Virus record (IMG/VR): IMGVR_UViG_3300027419_000016
Span: 1-39,304 of that record
Reading direction: 5' to 3' (one strand)
DNA from: a virus
Taxonomy: Duplodnaviria; Caudoviricetes
DNA length: 39,304 nt
Positions 35,980-39,304 of the stretch are shown here, piece after piece. Within the stretch, counting starts at the first letter, position 1. Each line of letters opens with the position of its first letter. The notes below the pieces were generated by a model. That model ran no database searches. It was not told where the DNA came from and worked only from the letters and a program-made list of their open reading frames with translations. Position numbers and translations under genes: made by a program.

Positions 35980-36068
35980 GTTGCTGATCTACTAATCGTT
36001 TAAACCACTCATGGACTTCGATAGCTAACGCCTCATCACCAGAACACCACATGGACTCAGGCTCATAT

Positions 36069-36494
36069 CTACCACCAACAGGTATACTCGTAGTCTGCAT
36101 AGGTAGCTCCTTCCTCATTCAGAAGGTCAGTTAGTGACTTTAATGTCTCGCGTAAATTAGTGAAGTAATACTCGTCATAGTCTGTCCCACCGAAGAAAAA
36201 CCCAGGGCGTGTTGGTAAAAGTTCACTAGATTTATCAGGGTTATTCAAAACCTCTTGGCAGATGTCCCGAAGTTTTGCTAGATCGTCAAAACCAACCGTA
36301 TAGGTTGCCTGATTATCGACCCCGTCTTGGATGTTTTCAACGAACCAATTGTGGATTTGGTTAGCCTTGCGCCACGTCATAACGTGTTCAGTAATCGTCT
36401 CGACGCGTTCGGGATTTACCTTCGACGGTAGATTTTTCAGGTATTTACTACTACCAATCATCGTCACTTTTCGTAGATACATATCGAGCCCCAT
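36069..36494 (-). CDS. Conserved phage early protein (MGLDMY...WRKANQIH family)
   Basis: GGAGGT RBS; WRKANQIHNWF, LLPT..GFFFG motifs. Confidence 0.75.
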   Translation of the reverse strand: MGLDMYLRKVTMIGSSKYLKNLPSKVNPERVETITEHVMTWRKANQIHNWFVENIQDGVDNQATYTVGFDDLAKLRDICQEVLNNPDKSSELLPTRPGFFFGGTDYDEYYFTNLRETLKSLTDLLNEEGATYADYEYTCWW

Positions 36495-36530
36495 AGAACC
36501 TCCACTCACTTCTTTATTACCTTATTCCTA

Positions 36531-36586
36531 CCCGGCTCGGCTGGATCGAGGGAATTTTGTTATTGCCCTGATCGCAGCCTGCCGGA
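36531..36586 (-). promoter_or_regulatory. Long bulged hairpin in the early 5' UTR
   Basis: CCGGC/GCCGG, GGCUG/CAGCC, GAUC/GAUC, AGGG/CCCU nested stems. Confidence 0.55.
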
Positions 36587-36609
36587 TGGAACGATTTGTG
36601 AATACTTTA

Positions 36610-36638
36610 ACTATATTCATATTGTCCAAGTTTGTCAA
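36610..36638 (-). promoter_or_regulatory. Sigma70-type early promoter
   Basis: TTGACA-17 nt-TATAGT. Confidence 0.8.
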
Positions 36639-36680
36639 GCCCCAGACATATCCACAGGCTATCAACAAAACAACATAACC

Positions 36681-37019
36681 CTAGAACACAATCCACTCTG
36701 TCAGGTGATAGGCTGTCAAATTCCCAAGATTCGCTAACCCAATGAGGATTTTGATAGCCATAAGGCTAACGATACTTATAGTCAACAATCCACGCAGCCA
36801 ATAGTTTGTCACGAAACGGTAGGCCAAATAGATAATCGTCAAACAACCGATCATAAATACGAGGCTCACCAGCGTAAACCAGACATCCCCATACGACCAT
36901 ACCCAACGCATGATTGGGTTTTCTTCGTTGAGGTAGTTTTGCTGGATAATGGTTGAATACCAGTCGAGCGCAAAGGCAAAAATTGTCAGCGAATATAACA
37001 TAACAGTAGTTTGTAACAT
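36681..37019 (-). CDS. DUF5658-like membrane protein
   Basis: D..ST...EENPIM motif, three TM segments; start may be 37001. Confidence 0.65.
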   Translation of the reverse strand: MLQTTVMLYSLTIFAFALDWYSTIIQQNYLNEENPIMRWVWSYGDVWFTLVSLVFMIGCLTIIYLAYRFVTNYWLRGLLTISIVSLMAIKILIGLANLGNLTAYHLTEWIVF

Positions 37020-37038
37020 ATATATGGTAATTTGTCAA
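37010..37038 (-). promoter_or_regulatory. Candidate sigma70 promoter
   Basis: TTGACA-17 nt-(TGn)TACAAA. Confidence 0.45.
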
Positions 37039-37039
37039 G

Positions 37040-37360
37040 TTATTCGGACGTGGTTATTCCCACTAGCCTATTAACAAGTGCTTCTTTCGGGAGGTGTCAC
37101 ACGGTTGTCTCCCCGTCCCTCCTGTATCCTAACTCTGCACCAGTCCGCTACTTGGGTTAGCTGGCCGTTTCAACCCTCACATCGCTCAGGAGACGATAGA
37201 GCGTAGGCATTCGTTCGTGGCTACCCTCCTCAGGCGGTAGCTACCTGCCTGACCACGGGACATTAAGAGGCATCCAAGGGGGGCGTCCACGATTGGCCGT
37301 TAGCCTCACCGATCCCCTCAGGTGTGGGAGACCATTTGGTTGATGTCACCACAATGGTCG
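37040..37360 (-). ncRNA. Hairpin-dense non-coding region (candidate large ncRNA or replication origin)
   Basis: No credible ORF; many nested stems. Confidence 0.4.
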
Positions 37361-37366
37361 AAAACC

Positions 37367-37393
37367 AAAAAACCCCAGGCTTACGCCAGGAGT
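37367..37393 (-). terminator. Rho-independent terminator
   Basis: CUCCUGGC-GUAA-GCCUGGGG followed by U6. Confidence 0.7.
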
Positions 37394-37397
37394 CTCT

Positions 37398-37483
37398 TGG
37401 ATGATACACGACAAGCCGTAACCGAAGTTACGATTAGGTGTCTATATTGTGGGCAGCTTTCGCTGCTTGTCGATATCATACCA
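37398..37483 (-). ncRNA. C4-antisense-like three-stem small RNA
   Basis: AUGAUAU-CGACAAGC/GCUUGUCG-U-GUAUCAU closing stem, GAAA- and UUCG-capped hairpins, 3' CCA, then terminator. Confidence 0.65.
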
Positions 37484-37515
37484 CGATTGAACACGATGGT
37501 CGACCAGTGTGTCAA
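37475..37515 (-). promoter_or_regulatory. Tandem candidate promoters
   Basis: TTGACA-18 nt-TTCAAT and TCGACC-17 nt-(TGn)TATGAT. Confidence 0.5.
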
Positions 37516-37516
37516 C

Positions 37517-37525
37517 TGTGGATAA
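37517..37525 (-). promoter_or_regulatory. Consensus DnaA box
   Basis: TTATCCACA one base from the -35; one-mismatch copy at 36648-36656. Confidence 0.45.
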
Positions 37526-37557
37526 ATGCGAATCCCTGCCCAGAGGCAGGGACGCAT
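37526..37557 (-). terminator. Stem-loop ending a short transcript
   Basis: AUGCG-UCCCUGCC/GGCAGGGA-UU-CGCAU, then UU. Confidence 0.55.
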
Positions 37558-37591
37558 GATACTCAAGGAGGGTTCCTTATAGTTCAGAATC

Positions 37592-37620
37592 ATGGTAGCT
37601 GTTTTTTGTGGTTTTGTCAA
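37592..37620 (-). promoter_or_regulatory. Sigma70-type promoter
   Basis: TTGACA-17 nt-TACCAT. Confidence 0.7.
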
Positions 37621-37733
37621 TAGTAAGCCCCAACCAGACAGTCGTTGACACGAGGAGTCCAGTCAGGGCAAAAGGTGTTCGGCGATGGTGCCACAGTGGG
37701 CACAGACGATCAACCGAACCTATGTAGTCTAGC

Positions 37734-37832
37734 AAAAAATATCGGCTGGTACCCCCCAAGGCGAGAACCAGACGACCCGACCGGAGGTATGGTGGGCCGT
37801 TGTTTCCTCGGGGGAGACCAACCGACATTTTT
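37734..37832 (-). terminator. Long rod-like hairpin with U-tract ending the late operon
   Basis: AAAAUGUCGGUUGGU/ACCAGCCGAUAUUUU, UCCCCCGAGG/CCUUGGGGGG, ACGGCCC/GGGUCGU. Confidence 0.6.
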
Positions 37833-37846
37833 ACAGGGAAATGGTT

Positions 37847-38146
37847 TTAGAGGGATTTTCTAGCGAATTGAATGAACTCGATTGTCTTTTTAATCGCACT
37901 CTTAAGGGTTTCGTAGGCCCCAATTGCACCGATCCCAAGGGCGACCGTCGTACCGGCAATGGCATCGATATTGTCTTGGGTGAGCATGTCCTGAGAAAAC
38001 GCATAGCCGACGGTGGCAATTCCAGCCAGACCGAAAGCGATGATCTTGGCATTATTGCTGGTCACAGGCACGCCGTCAGTTTTTTTAGCGGCCTGGACAA
38101 TAGCAGCTACGACGGCTGCCAAGATAGTAAAGGTTGCGGATGTCAT
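37847..38146 (-). CDS. Putative holin
   Basis: 99 aa, about three TM segments, GAYE..K motif; coupled to the endolysin. Confidence 0.75.
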   Translation of the reverse strand: MTSATFTILAAVVAAIVQAAKKTDGVPVTSNNAKIIAFGLAGIATVGYAFSQDMLTQDNIDAIAGTTVALGIGAIGAYETLKSAIKKTIEFIQFARKSL

Positions 38147-39057
38147 TTCTCCTCCTCACGAATGAATTGACGCAGTAGGTCGGCAAACCCACTTTTGATC
38201 TTTTGCCACGGTGTCATGTTGAGAATACCATTCTGCAATGCCTGAATTTCCCGATCTTTAGCCCCCAACTGCGATTTTAGGTCACTAACCACTGTATCCT
38301 GCATGGCTTTAGTTTTCTCGCGTTCTAGGGCAAATAATGCCTCCATACGTGCCTGTTCTGCTTTGCGGATTTCATCATAGGCCTGTTCACGTTGGGCGAC
38401 GGCCTGCGGACTTTGCGTGTAAAACAGCACAATATCCCGCATGACATGATCTTCTCCGCGCTGGATCGACTCCATAATGACATTGGTGTCATTCTGACGG
38501 CCCACGGAATCAATCTCGCCAAGGATTCCCTGGCGTGCGCCTTCCAGGGTTCGAATGATCACGAGATTGATGAAATGGCGCAAAGCATCATCTTCACGAA
38601 TCAACTTGGCTGCATGTTCATTGTAGGGTAATGATGGCATAGGAACCTCCATGTTTTGCTTGGGATGTAACCAACCTAGGACGCCTGTATAATCATGTCC
38701 TTGAACGTGTGCGACCCCCGTGCCACCTGTATTGGGCCAATTTTGATCGAAGGATGTGAAACCACGTTCCGTTCCACTCATAAAAATTGCGATATGCCCA
38801 AATGGCCCAACTTCTTCGCCCCAGATCATAATATCGCCCGCCCGTGGGACGCCTGTTGATGTGTTAGGGATACGTTCGTAATACTCAGGTAGATAGGTAT
38901 CCCAAACATCTTTAGCCCCCGAGACAGGCGGACTCTGGGGGATATTTAGCACCTCTTTGACGTACTGACGGTAGACATCCATGCACTGCGTGCCATAATA
39001 GCCGTCGTAGTCGATCTTCTTGCCATCATATTTGTCGATGAACTCCTGTAAGGTCAT
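38143..39057 (-). CDS. Endolysin: CHAP domain plus helical / coiled-coil C-terminus
   Basis: DYDGYYGTQCMD (Cys), GHIAIF (His), DQNW; start 39057 via ATGA overlap. Confidence 0.9.
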   Translation of the reverse strand: MTLQEFIDKYDGKKIDYDGYYGTQCMDVYRQYVKEVLNIPQSPPVSGAKDVWDTYLPEYYERIPNTSTGVPRAGDIMIWGEEVGPFGHIAIFMSGTERGFTSFDQNWPNTGGTGVAHVQGHDYTGVLGWLHPKQNMEVPMPSLPYNEHAAKLIREDDALRHFINLVIIRTLEGARQGILGEIDSVGRQNDTNVIMESIQRGEDHVMRDIVLFYTQSPQAVAQREQAYDEIRKAEQARMEALFALEREKTKAMQDTVVSDLKSQLGAKDREIQALQNGILNMTPWQKIKSGFADLLRQFIREEEK

Positions 39058-39304
39058 GCACCCGCCTTTTGGGTCGCTTCCCAATACTCTAATACCTTTT
39101 CCAGATTAGTCTTGAGTTTTCCAAGCGTTTTCTCATTGGATTCCGTTGCCTTGCGGTCGTCACGAATCATCTGGCGAATTTCAGAGAGATCCCGAAGCTG
39201 TTGAGCATCGGCGTCCTGAAATGATTTCATCATGGGAATAATAAACTCAAAGCGTGCCAGCATTTCGCTCAGGCCATCAATCTTGCTCGCCCCGGTAGCC
39301 AAAT
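39054..39304 (-). CDS. 3' part of the origin-spanning membrane coiled-coil protein
   Basis: In frame with 1..395. Confidence 0.8.
   Translation of the reverse strand, partial: LATGASKIDGLSEMLARFEFIIPMMKSFQDADAQQLRDLSEIRQMIRDDRKATESNEKTLGKLKTNLEKVLEYWEATQKAGA
39178..39304. repeat. Terminal direct repeat, right copy
   Basis: Identical to 1-127. Confidence 0.95.

Noticed and set aside
37577-37828. 83-aa ORF as a spanin
   Set aside because: No lipobox or SD; it coincides with hairpins and a promoter
55-38631. Plus-strand ORFs in the track
   Set aside because: They are antisense shadows of coherent minus-strand genes or structured RNA, with no recognisable motifs
1-39304. CRISPR array, DGR/retron, introns, stop-codon recoding
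   Set aside because: No spaced repeats or reverse transcriptase seen; genes are intact in code 11 and use all three stop codons
1-39304. Host assignment
   Set aside because: CHAP lysin, SpoVG, RsbW-like protein and no clear spanins hint at a monoderm host, but this is not decisive without spacer or homology searches

Overview
Apparently complete, circularly permuted 39,177-bp tailed-phage (siphovirus-like) genome; bases 1-127 repeat exactly at 39178-39304. All credible genes are on the minus strand. In transcription order: early region (sigma70-like promoters, Sak4-like ATPase, PD-(D/E)XK nuclease, SpoVG-like protein, exported beta-helix protein, metallophosphoesterase); middle block (lytic transglycosylase, RsbW-like HATPase, HNH, DUF1064, ParB-like, Mom-like DNA-modifying enzyme); terminase; Mu-like head; head/neck fibre cluster; long non-contractile tail; lysis cassette spanning the origin. 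I recognise no integrase, repressor, replication initiator, helicase or polymerase. Main finding: the last 75 nt of the mom-like CDS also fold into a tRNA-Gly(UCC)-like cloverleaf ending in CCA; the same gene is out of frame at a (CA)9 repeat that (CA)8 would repair; and a second Gly-acceptor tRNA-like RNA with a UUCG tetraloop in place of the anticodon lies about 2.2 kb upstream of the first. Several other structured non-coding RNAs are present. All family calls and RNA folds are by eye, with no database search or folding software.
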